Assembly (NCBI GenBank): GCA_032718475.1
Contig: JAUCBJ010007729.1
Coordinates: forward strand, 1,099 to 65,098
Reading direction: 5' to 3'
DNA length: 64,000 nucleotides
Source: Nemertoderma westbladi
Taxonomy: Eukaryota > Animalia > Xenacoelomorpha
Position 1 is the first letter of the stretch. Each line of letters begins with the position of its first letter. The position numbers and the translations under genes were made by a program. The notes beneath the pieces were generated by a model. It was not told the origin of the DNA. It did not search any database and worked only from the letters and a program-made list of their open reading frames with translations. Shown one piece after another: positions 25,601 through 38,300 of the stretch.

Positions 25601-26123
25601 TGGGTTTGTTGTGGCGACTTTTTAGAATCCATTGCTTTTTGAGGCGGACACTATCTCGCGGTGCAAACGAAAGGACAGAAAGCGGGTCTTCTGTAAAACT
25701 GACTCCTCTTGGTGAGCCGACATCTAAATCTGAGTCTCCGTCGGCAGGACTAGTCTCTTGAAAACGTTTTGAGCGGAAGCGTATAGTTTCTGTTGCTGAC
25801 AGATGTCTCGACTTATTGTTAGGCTCATGAGCCACAAACTTTTTATATATTTTGGACCGCGGTGATTTGATATTCGTTGCTATTTGCGCAGCTTGTGGTA
25901 ACGCTCTGATTCGTAAATAGTTTGTATCTTTTTCCATTTCATACCTATTTTCTGTCAATGCGATTTTTCGTCTGTGCGCTGTTCGTTGAGGCTTTGTAGA
26001 TAAATCTTTGCTATGATCACTACTGTCACTCTCATTGTCTGACATCCCTTGTGTAAAATGGTCGGTTGTCCCGGGATATGACGATGTTTCATCAGAACTT
26101 GAGCTGGACCAGTATGCCCCCAC
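22677..26123 (-). CDS. Large terminal coding exon of a protein with two PH-like domains and long Ser-rich disordered regions
   Basis: 1148 uninterrupted codons. PH-like 1: GWLTINGTRYWTIAVFSVLCFF...HQWFNFVKKAI. PH-like 2: NGYLTYLTDDGFWLPYWCSV...LRAEDQADTRSWISIL. The ORF's GTG directly follows an acceptor TTATTTTATAG, so it is an exon start rather than an initiator. Confidence 0.8.
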   Translation of the reverse strand: MGAYWSSSSSDETSSYPGTTDHFTQGMSDNESDSSDHSKDLSTKPQRTAHRRKIALTENRYEMEKDTNYLRIRALPQAAQIATNIKSPRSKIYKKFVAHEPNNKSRHLSATETIRFRSKRFQETSPADGDSDLDVGSPRGVSFTEDPLSVLSFAPRDSVRLKKQWILKSRHNKPKFSLGSDWKFPLNQPTGISLEKINITEGTNHEKVKSIPIWQQIGSDVSVMKVWGDDDSKWEKGGSKVSQCQERDEKASKLRACDKDISKSQERGAAGEVPKLLQSKSDLHEWQDFGKPISESKLRSGEAKSLGCGPRHVETHSSWYRNRDKYGSGINEEVSKAADLLQDSQEGGSQRSPIRKIVIPAQFLQNQKTTPNLPLLEIPAHPARTTMTNSRTAGSLPTTPEKETHHSLIKRSHSFRTVRKVKEANGRHHPKLSSLCGVLQPEVNQKSSNNESLTYLKYEDSFLSKIDVEALNVESVDQIDYIIKPQQRSHERGDVPIVQSNVNRKQPQMKFDSAVTQWGKVNRNLTHILQVAMISGNENLIRRRLERKDIIDPAQTGWLTINGTRYWTIAVFSVLCFFLNKNSPKPLFVIILTNYDLMTHPLVEQKSSTEPRGSFSKYLRQRLASKVQNIMYKRTSSEKNLYVLNDTQVLLVNKTTNKIILIDVELKSNFHQWFNFVKKAICFSPNLVLPQIIINTSNDDVATCSNDLATLTNSIGLPITPNKEVHRTRHGEVLKDTVDWSATSSSTSVRTDQSQASELTIQSNVISTPTSINYKNKMDSASIDDLEADLYDSLKIRNPTMNPLSKRSQSSWIATHNAHRCALVDSNDSRDDINSPEENVFPNDLDFPLINGYLTYLTDDGFWLPYWCSVSQSVFYMFPSTNSPCRYSFCLHGSSVIRDSPNTFTLTIPTVPRDIALRAEDQADTRSWISILSRYQWWPCWCRSRRPAQLGTECFNNSQSKPIKICNEPSIKLYSRSKSESRMRDFIISDKSGSRKRDVINSNSSGYISDVDSWNSRSRIYPESQLIFIDDSPSQSRRQLHHVTDNNPKHVLKRRAAQKRPTRKSASANENAQNERQPTNVSSDRTNTTLTYSPTVIEASDVKTTGNMSIRDHLNEIQNMINSPHCNPYKLDQLLKSGLRKIISEGGK

Positions 26124-26205
26124 CTATAAAATAAATTAACTAAAATTTAGATAAATAGATAAAACATATAACTATAAAACTAAAACTAATATAAATCGAA
26201 ATTAC

Positions 26206-26211
26206 CACCAT
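26206..26211 (-). CDS. Candidate initiator micro-coding segment (ATG GTG) spliced to the PH-protein exon
   Basis: ATGGTG|GTAATT donor, 82-bp AT-rich intron 26124-26205, phase 0, with an in-frame TAA three codons upstream. An alternative donor CG|GTAAAG near 26222 is possible. Confidence 0.4.
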
Positions 26212-26311
26212 ACAACTTTACCGAGAACGTGCTGATGATACCAAAGTCTTCTAGAACATAGTATCAATTCTATGTTTGTTTAATAAATACACAATCTTCT
26301 GGAACAGGTAG

Positions 26312-29300
26312 ACGGGTCATAGTACGGATCATAAATAATCGGGTCATAGTACGGATCATAAATAAACGGGTCATAGTACGGATCATAAATAATCGGGTCA
26401 TAGTACGGATCATAAATAATCGGGTCATAGTACGGATCATAAATAATCGGGTTATAGTACGGATCATAAATAATCGGGTCATAGTACGGATCATAAATAA
26501 TCGGGTCATAGTACGGATCATAAATAATCGGGTCATAGTACGGATCATAAATAATCGGGTCATAGTACGGATCATAAATAATCGGGTCATAGTACGGATC
26601 ATAAATAAACGGGTCATAGTACGGATCATAAATAATCGGGTCATAGTACGGATCATAAATAAACGGGTCATAGTACGGATCATAAATAATCGGGTCATAG
26701 TACGGATCATAAATAATCGGGTCATAGTACGGATCATAAATAATCGGGTCATATGGTACGGATCATAAATAATCGGGTCATAGTACGGATCATAAATAAT
26801 CGGGTCATAGTACGGATCATTAATAAACGGGTCATAGTACGGATCATAAATAATCGGGTCATAGTACGGATCATAAATAATCGGGTCATAGTACGGATCA
26901 TAAATAATCGGGTCATATGGTACGGATCATAAATAATCGGGTCATAGTACGGATCATAAATAATCGGGTCATATGGTACGGATCATAAATAATCGGGTCA
27001 TAGTACGGATCATAAATAATCGGGTCATAGTACGGATCATAAATAAACGGGTTATAGTACGGATCATAAATAATCGGGTCATATGGTACGGATCATAAAT
27101 AATCGGGTCATAGTACGGATCATAAATAATCGGGTCATATGGTACGGATCATAAATAATCGGGTTATAGTACGGATCATAAATAATCGGGTTATAGTACG
27201 GATCATAAATAAACGGGTCATAGTACGGATCATAAATAATCGGGTTATAGTACGGATCATAAATAAACGGGTCATAGTACGGATCATTAATAATCGGGTT
27301 ATAGTACGGATCATAAATAAACGGGTCATAGTACGGATCATAAATAATCGGGTCATAGTACGGATCATAAATAATCGGGTCATAGTACGGATCATAAATA
27401 ATCGGGTCATAGTACGGATCATAAATAATCGGGTTATAGTACGGATCATAAATAAACGGGTCATAGTACGGATCATAAATAATCGGGTCATAGTACGGAT
27501 CATAAATAAACGGGTCATAGTACGGATCATTAATAATCGGGTTATAGTACGGATCATAAATAAACGGGTCATAGTACGGATCATAAATAATCGGGTCATA
27601 GTACGGATCATAAATAATCGGGTCATAGTACGGATCATAAATAATCGGGTCATATGGTACGGATCATAAATAATCGGGTCATAGTACGGATCATAAATAA
27701 TCGGGTTATAGTACGGATCATAAATAAACGGGTCATAGTACGGATCATAAATAATCGGGTCATAGTACGGATCATAAATAATCGGGTCATAGTACGGATC
27801 ATTAATAAACGGGTCATAGTACGGATCATTAATACACGGGTCATAGTACGGATCATAAATAATCGGGTCATAGTACGGATCATAAATAATCGGGTTATAG
27901 TACGGATCATAAATAAACGGGTCATAGTACGGATCATAAATAATCGGGTCATAGTACGGATCATAAATAATCGGGTTATAGTACGGATCATAAATAAACG
28001 GGTCATAGTACGGATCATAAATAATCGGGTCATAGTACGGATCATTAATAAACGGGTCATAGTACGGATCATTAATAAACGGGTCATAGTACGGATCATA
28101 AATAATCGGGTCATAGTACGGATCATAAATAATCGGGTTATAGTACGGATCATAAATAAACGGGTCATAGTACGGATCATAAATAATCGGGTCATAGTAC
28201 GGATCATAAATAATCGGGTCATAGTACGGATCATAAATAATCGGGTCATAGTACGGATCATAAATAAACGGGTCATAGTACGGATCATAAATAATCGGGT
28301 CATAGTACGGATCATAAATAATCGGGTCATAGTACGGATCATTAATAAACGGGTCATAGTACGGATCATTAATAAACGGGTCATAGTACGGATCATAAAT
28401 AATCGGGTCATAGTACGGATCATAAATAATCGGGTCATAGTACGGATCATAAATAATCGGGTCATATGGTACGGATCATAAATAATCGGGTTATAGTACG
28501 GATCATAAATAAACGGGTCATAGTACGGATCATAAATAAACGGGTCATAGTACGGATCATAAATAATCGGGTCATAGTACGGATCATAAATAATCGGGTC
28601 ATATGGTACGGATCATAAATAATCGGGTTATAGTACGGATCATAAATAAACGGGTCATAGTACGGATCATAAATAAACGGGTCATAGTACGGATCATAAA
28701 TAATCGGGTCATAGTACGGATCATAAATAATCGGGTCATATGGTACGGATCATAAATAATCGGGTTATAGTACGGATCATAAATAAACGGGTCATAGTAC
28801 GGATCATAAATAAACGGGTCATAGTACGGATCATAAATAAACGGGTCATAGTACGGATCATAAATAAACGGGTCATAGTACGGATCATAAATAATCGGGT
28901 CATAGTACGGATCATAAATAATCGGGTTATAGTACGGATCATAAATAAACGGGTCATATGGTACGGATCATAAATAATCGGGTCATATGGTACGGATCAT
29001 AAATAATCGGGTTATAGTACGGATCATAAATAAACGGGTCATAGTACGGATCATAAATAATCGGGTCATAGTACGGATCATAAATAATCGGGTCATATGG
29101 TACGGATCATAAATAATCGGGTTATAGTACGGATCATAAATAAACGGGTCATAGTACGGATCATAAATAAACGGGTCATAGTACGGATCATAAATAAACG
29201 GGTCATAGTACGGATCATAAATAAACGGGTCATAGTACGGATCATAAATAATCGGGTCATAGTACGGATCATAAATAATCGGGTTATAGTACGGATCATA

Positions 29301-32300
29301 AATAAACGGGTCATATGGTACGGATCATAAATAATCGGGTCATAGTACGGATCATAAATAATCGGGTCATAGTACGGATTATAAATAATCGGGTCATAGT
29401 ACGGATCATAAATAATCGGGTCATAGTACGGATCATAAATAATCGGGTTATAGTACGGATCATAAATAATTGGGTTATAGTACGGATCATAAATAATCGG
29501 GTCATATGGTACGGATCATAAATAATCGGGTTATAGTACGGATCATAAATAAACGGGTCATAGTACGGATCATAAATAAACGGGTCATAGTACGGATCAT
29601 AAATAATCGGGTCATAGTACGGATCGATCATAAATAAACGGGTCATAGTACGGATCATAAATAAACGGGTCATAGTACGGATCATAAATAATCGGGTCAT
29701 AGTACGGATCATAAATAATCGGGTTATAGTACGGATCATAAATAATTGGGTTATAGTACGGATCATAAATAATCGGGTCATATGGTACGGATCATAAATA
29801 ATCGGGTTATAGTACGGATCATAAATAAACGGGTCATAGTACGGATCATAAATAAACGGGTCATAGTACGGATCATAAATAATCGGGTCATAGTACGGAT
29901 CATAAATAATTGGGTTATAGTACGGATCATAAATAATTGGGTTATAGTACGGATCATAAATAATCGGGTCATAGTACGGATCATAAATAATCGGGTTATA
30001 GTACGGATCATAAATAAACGGGTCATAGTACGGATCATAAATAATCGGGTCATATGGTACGGATCATAAATAATCGGGTCATAGTACGGATCATAAATAA
30101 TCGGGTCATAGTACGGATCATAAATAAACGGGTCATAGTACGGATCATTAATAATCGGGTTATAGTACGGATCATAAATAATTGGGTCATAGTACGGATC
30201 ATAAATAAACGGGTCATATGGTACGGATCATAAATAATCGGGTCATAGTACGGATCATAAATAATCGGGTCATAGTACGGATCATAAATAAACGGGTCAT
30301 AGTACGGATCATTAATAATCGGGTTATAGTACGGATCATAAATAATTGGTCATAGTACGGATCATAAATAAACGGGTCATAGTACGGATCATAAATAATC
30401 GGGTTATAGTACGGATCATAAATAAACGGGTCATAGTACGGATCATAAATAATCGGGTCATAGTACGGATCATAAATAAACGGGTCATATGGTACGGATC
30501 ATAAATAATCGGGTCATATGGTACGGATCATAAATAATCGGGTCATATGGTACGGATCATAAAGAATCGGGTCATAGTACGGATCATAAATAATCGGGTC
30601 ATAGTACGGATCATAAATAATCGGGTCATAGTACGGATCATAAATAATCGGGTCATATGGTACGGATCATAAATAATCGGGTTATAGTACGGATCATAAA
30701 TAATCGGGTCATAGTACGGATCATAAATAATCGGGTCATATGGTACGGATCATAAATAATCGGGTTATAGTACGGATCATAAATAATCGGGTCATATGGT
30801 ACGGATCATAAATAATCGGGTTATAGTACGGATCATAAATAAACGGGTCATAGTACGGATCATAAATAAACGGGTCATAGTACGGATCATAAATAATCGG
30901 GTCATATGGTACGGATCATAAAGAATCGGGTCATAGTACGGATCATAAATAATCGGGTCATATGGTACGGATCATAAATAATCGGGTTATAGTACGGATC
31001 ATAAATAATCGGGTCATATGGTACGGATCATAAATAATCGGGTTATAGTACGGATCATAAATAAACGGGTCATAGTACGGATCATAAATAAACGGGTCAT
31101 AGTACGGATCATAAATAAACGGGTCATAGTACGGATCATTAATAATCGGGTTATAGTACGGATCATAAATAATTGGTCATAGTACGGATCATAAATAAAC
31201 GGGTCATAGTACGGATCATAAATAATCGGGTCATATGGTACGGATCATAAATAATCGGGTCATAGTACGGATCATAAATAATCGGGTTATAGTACGGATC
31301 ATAAATAATCGGGTCATATGGTACGGATCATAAATAATCGGGTCATAGTACGGATCATAAATAAACGGGTCATATGGTACGGATCATAAATAATCGGGTT
31401 ATAGTACGGATCATAAATAAACGGGTCATATGGTACGGATCATAAATAATCGGGTTATAGTACGGATCATAAATAAACGGGTCATAGTACGGATCATAAA
31501 TAATCGGGTCATAGTACGGATCATAAATAAACGGGTCATATGGTACGGATCATAAATAATCGGGTCATAGTACGGATCATAAATAATCGGGTCATAGTAC
31601 GGATCATAAATAAACGGGTCATAGTACGGATCATTAATAATCGGGTCATAGTACGGATCATAAATAATTGGTCATAGTACGGATCATAAATAAACGGGTC
31701 ATAGTACGGATCATAAATAATCGGGTTATAGTACGGATCATAAATAAACGGGTCATAGTACGGATCATAAATAATCGGGTCATAGTACGGATCATAAATA
31801 AACGGGTCATAGTACGGATCATAAATAAACGGGTCATAGTACGGATCATTAATAATCGGGTTATAGTACGGATCATAAATAAACGGGTCATAGTACGGAT
31901 CATAAATAATCGGGTCATAAATAATCGGGTAATAGTACGGATCATAAATAATCGGGTCATAGTACGGATCATAAATAATCGGGTCATATGGTACGGATCA
32001 TAAATAATCGGGTCATATGGTACGGATCATAAATAATCGGGTCATAGTACGGATCATAAATAATCGGGTTATAGTACGGATCATAAATAATCGGGTCATA
32101 TGGTACGGATCATAAAGAATCGGGTCATAGTACGGATCATAAATAATCGGGTCATATAGTACGGATCATAAATAATCGGGTCATATGGTACGGATCATAA
32201 ATAATCGGGTCATAGTACGGATCATAAATAATCGGGTCATATGGTACGGATCATAAATAATCGGGTCATATGGTACGGATCATAAATAATCGGGTCATAG

Positions 32301-35300
32301 TACGGATCATAAATAATCGGGTCATAGTACGGATCATAAATAATCGGGTCATAGTACGGATCATAAATAATCGGGTCATATGGTACGGATCATAAATAAT
32401 CGGGTCATAGTACGGATCATAAATAATCGGGTCATAGTACGGATCATAAATAAACGGGTCATAGTACGGATCATAAATAAACGGGTCATAGTACGGATCA
32501 TAAATAATCGGGTCATAGTACGGATCATAAATAATCGGGTTATAGTACGGATCATAAATAATCGGGTTATAGTACGGATCATAAATAATCGGGTCATAGT
32601 ACGGATCATAAATAATCGGGTCATAGTACGGATCATAAATAATCGGGTCATAGTACGGATCATAAATAATCGGGTCATAGTACGGATCATAAATAAACGG
32701 GTCATAGTACGGATCATAAATAATCGGGTTATAGTACGGATCATAAATAATCGGGTCATAGTACGGATCATAAATAATCGGGTTATAGTACGGATCATAA
32801 ATAAACGGGTCATAGTACGGATCATAAATAAACGGGTCATAGTACGGATCATAAATAATCGGGTCATAGTACGGATCATAAATAATCGGGTCATAGTACG
32901 GATCATAAATAATCGGGTCATAGTACGGATCATAAATAATCGGGTCATAGTACGGATCATAAATAATCGGGTCATAGTACGGATCATAAATAATCGGGTC
33001 ATAGTACGGATCATAAATAATCGGGTCATAGTACGGATCATAAATAAACGGGTCATAGTACGGATCATAAATAAACGGGTCATAGTACGGATCATAAATA
33101 ATCGGGTCATAGTACGGATCATAAATAATCGGGTCATAGTACGGATCATAAATAATCGGGTCATAGTACGGATCATAAATAATCGGGTCATAGTACGGAT
33201 CATAAATAATCGGGTCATAGTACGGATCATAAATAATCGGGTCATAGTACGGATCATAAATAATCGGGTCATAGTACGGATCATAAATAATCGGGTCATA
33301 GTACGGATCATAAATAATCGGGTCATAGTACGGATCATAAATAATCGGGTCATAGTACGGATCATAAATAATCGGGTCATAGTACGGATCATAAATAATC
33401 GGGTCATAGTACGGATCATAAATAATCGGGTCATAGTACGGATCATAAATAATCGGGTCATAGTACGGATCATAAATAATCGGGTCATAGTACGGATCAT
33501 AAATAATCGGGTCATAGGTACGGATCATAAATAATCGGGTCATAGTACGGATCATAAATAAACGGGTCATAGTACGGATCATAAATAATCGGGTCATAGT
33601 ACGGATCATAAATAATCGGGTCATAGTACGGATCATAAATAATCGGGTCATAGTACGGATCATAAATAATCGGGTCATATGGTACGGATCATAAATAATC
33701 GGGTCATAGTACGGATCATAAATAATCGGGTCATAGTACGGATCATAAATAAACGGGTCATAGTACGGATCATAAATAATCGGGTCATAGTACGGATCAT
33801 AAATAATCGGGTCATAGTACGGATCATAAATAATCGGGTCATATGTACGGATCATAAATAATCGGGTCATAGTACGGATCATAAATAATCGGGTCATAGT
33901 ACGGATCATAAATAATCGGGTCATAGTACGGATCATAAATAATCGGGTCATAGTACGGATCATAAATAATCGGGTCATAGTACGGATCATAAATAATCGG
34001 GTCATAGTACGGATCATAAATAATCGGGTCATAGTACGGATCATAAATAATCGGGTCATATGGTACGGATCATAAATAATCGGGTCATAGTACGGATCAT
34101 AAATAATCGGGTCATAGTACGGATCATAAATAATCGGGTCATAGTACGGATCATAAATAATCGGGTTATAGTACGGATCATAAATAAACGGGTCATAGTA
34201 CGGATCATAAATAATCGGGTTATAGTACGGATCATAAATAAACGGGTCATAGTACGGATCATAAATAATCGGGTCATAGTACGGATCATAAATAATCGGG
34301 TCATAGTACGGATCATAAATAATCGGGTCATAGTACGGATCATAAATAATCGGGTCATAGTACGGATCATAAATAATCGGGTCATAGTACGGATCATAAA
34401 TAAACGGGTCATAGTACGGATCATAAATAATCGGGTCATAGTACGGATCATAAATAATCGGGTCATAGTACGGATCATAAATAATCGGGTCATATGGTAC
34501 GGATCATAAATAATCGGGTCATAGTACGGATCATAAATAATCGGGTTATAGTACGGATCATAAATAAACGGGTCATAGTACGGATCATAAATAATCGGGT
34601 CATAGTACGGATCATAAATAATCGGGTCATAGTACGGATCATTAATAAACGGGTCATAGTACGGATCATTAATACACGGGTCATAGTACGGATCATAAAT
34701 AATCGGGTCATAGTACGGATCATAAATAATCGGGTTATAGTACGGATCATAAATAAACGGGTCATAGTACGGATCATAAATAATCGGGTCATAGTACGGA
34801 TCATAAATAATCGGGTTATAGTACGGATCATAAATAAACGGGTCATAGTACGGATCATAAATAATCGGGTCATAGTACGGATCATTAATAAACGGGTCAT
34901 AGTACGGATCATTAATAAACGGGTCATAGTACGGATCATAAATAATCGGGTCATAGTACGGATCATAAATAATCGGGTTATAGTACGGATCATAAATAAA
35001 CGGGTCATAGTACGGATCATAAATAATCGGGTCATAGTACGGATCATAAATAATCGGGTCATAGTACGGATCATAAATAATCGGGTCATAGTACGGATCA
35101 TAAATAAACGGGTCATAGTACGGATCATAAATAATCGGGTCATAGTACGGATCATAAATAATCGGGTCATAGTACGGATCATTAATAAACGGGTCATAGT
35201 ACGGATCATTAATAAACGGGTCATAGTACGGATCATAAATAATCGGGTCATAGTACGGATCATAAATAATCGGGTCATAGTACGGATCATAAATAATCGG

Positions 35301-38300
35301 GTCATATGGTACGGATCATAAATAATCGGGTTATAGTACGGATCATAAATAAACGGGTCATAGTACGGATCATAAATAAACGGGTCATAGTACGGATCAT
35401 AAATAATCGGGTCATAGTACGGATCATAAATAATCGGGTCATATGGTACGGATCATAAATAATCGGGTTATAGTACGGATCATAAATAAACGGGTCATAG
35501 TACGGATCATAAATAAACGGGTCATAGTACGGATCATAAATAATCGGGTCATAGTACGGATCATAAATAATCGGGTCATATGGTACGGATCATAAATAAT
35601 CGGGTTATAGTACGGATCATAAATAAACGGGTCATAGTACGGATCATAAATAAACGGGTCATAGTACGGATCATAAATAAACGGGTCATAGTACGGATCA
35701 TAAATAAACGGGTCATAGTACGGATCATAAATAATCGGGTCATAGTACGGATCATAAATAATCGGGTTATAGTACGGATCATAAATAAACGGGTCATATG
35801 GTACGGATCATAAATAATCGGGTCATATGGTACGGATCATAAATAATCGGGTTATAGTACGGATCATAAATAAACGGGTCATAGTACGGATCATAAATAA
35901 TCGGGTCATAGTACGGATCATAAATAATCGGGTCATATGGTACGGATCATAAATAATCGGGTTATAGTACGGATCATAAATAAACGGGTCATAGTACGGA
36001 TCATAAATAAACGGGTCATAGTACGGATCATAAATAAACGGGTCATAGTACGGATCATAAATAAACGGGTCATAGTACGGATCATAAATAATCGGGTCAT
36101 AGTACGGATCATAAATAATCGGGTTATAGTACGGATCATAAATAAACGGGTCATATGGTACGGATCATAAATAATCGGGTCATAGTACGGATCATAAATA
36201 ATCGGGTCATAGTACGGATTATAAATAATCGGGTCATAGTACGGATCATAAATAATCGGGTCATAGTACGGATCATAAATAATCGGGTTATAGTACGGAT
36301 CATAAATAATTGGGTTATAGTACGGATCATAAATAATCGGGTCATATGGTACGGATCATAAATAATCGGGTTATAGTACGGATCATAAATAAACGGGTCA
36401 TAGTACGGATCATAAATAAACGGGTCATAGTACGGATCATAAATAATCGGGTCATAGTACGGATCGATCATAAATAAACGGGTCATAGTACGGATCATAA
36501 ATAAACGGGTCATAGTACGGATCATAAATAATCGGGTCATAGTACGGATCATAAATAATCGGGTTATAGTACGGATCATAAATAATTGGGTTATAGTACG
36601 GATCATAAATAATCGGGTCATATGGTACGGATCATAAATAATCGGGTTATAGTACGGATCATAAATAAACGGGTCATAGTACGGATCATAAATAAACGGG
36701 TCATAGTACGGATCATAAATAATCGGGTCATAGTACGGATCATAAATAATTGGGTTATAGTACGGATCATAAATAATTGGGTTATAGTACGGATCATAAA
36801 TAATCGGGTCATAGTACGGATCATAAATAATCGGGTTATAGTACGGATCATAAATAAACGGGTCATAGTACGGATCATAAATAATCGGGTCATATGGTAC
36901 GGATCATAAATAATCGGGTCATAGTACGGATCATAAATAATCGGGTCATAGTACGGATCATAAATAAACGGGTCATAGTACGGATCATTAATAATCGGGT
37001 TATAGTACGGATCATAAATAATTGGGTCATAGTACGGATCATAAATAAACGGGTCATATGGTACGGATCATAAATAATCGGGTCATAGTACGGATCATAA
37101 ATAATCGGGTCATAGTACGGATCATAAATAAACGGGTCATAGTACGGATCATTAATAATCGGGTTATAGTACGGATCATAAATAATTGGTCATAGTACGG
37201 ATCATAAATAAACGGGTCATAGTACGGATCATAAATAATCGGGTTATAGTACGGATCATAAATAAACGGGTCATAGTACGGATCATAAATAATCGGGTCA
37301 TAGTACGGATCATAAATAAACGGGTCATATGGTACGGATCATAAATAATCGGGTCATATGGTACGGATCATAAATAATCGGGTCATATGGTACGGATCAT
37401 AAAGAATCGGGTCATAGTACGGATCATAAATAATCGGGTCATAGTACGGATCATAAATAATCGGGTCATAGTACGGATCATAAATAATCGGGTCATATGG
37501 TACGGATCATAAATAATCGGGTTATAGTACGGATCATAAATAATCGGGTCATAGTACGGATCATAAATAATCGGGTCATATGGTACGGATCATAAATAAT
37601 CGGGTTATAGTACGGATCATAAATAATCGGGTCATATGGTACGGATCATAAATAATCGGGTTATAGTACGGATCATAAATAAACGGGTCATAGTACGGAT
37701 CATAAATAAACGGGTCATAGTACGGATCATAAATAATCGGGTCATATGGTACGGATCATAAAGAATCGGGTCATAGTACGGATCATAAATAATCGGGTCA
37801 TATGGTACGGATCATAAATAATCGGGTTATAGTACGGATCATAAATAATCGGGTCATATGGTACGGATCATAAATAATCGGGTTATAGTACGGATCATAA
37901 ATAAACGGGTCATAGTACGGATCATAAATAAACGGGTCATAGTACGGATCATAAATAAACGGGTCATAGTACGGATCATTAATAATCGGGTTATAGTACG
38001 GATCATAAATAATTGGTCATAGTACGGATCATAAATAAACGGGTCATAGTACGGATCATAAATAATCGGGTCATATGGTACGGATCATAAATAATCGGGT
38101 CATAGTACGGATCATAAATAATCGGGTTATAGTACGGATCATAAATAATCGGGTCATATGGTACGGATCATAAATAATCGGGTCATAGTACGGATCATAA
38201 ATAAACGGGTCATATGGTACGGATCATAAATAATCGGGTTATAGTACGGATCATAAATAAACGGGTCATATGGTACGGATCATAAATAATCGGGTTATAG

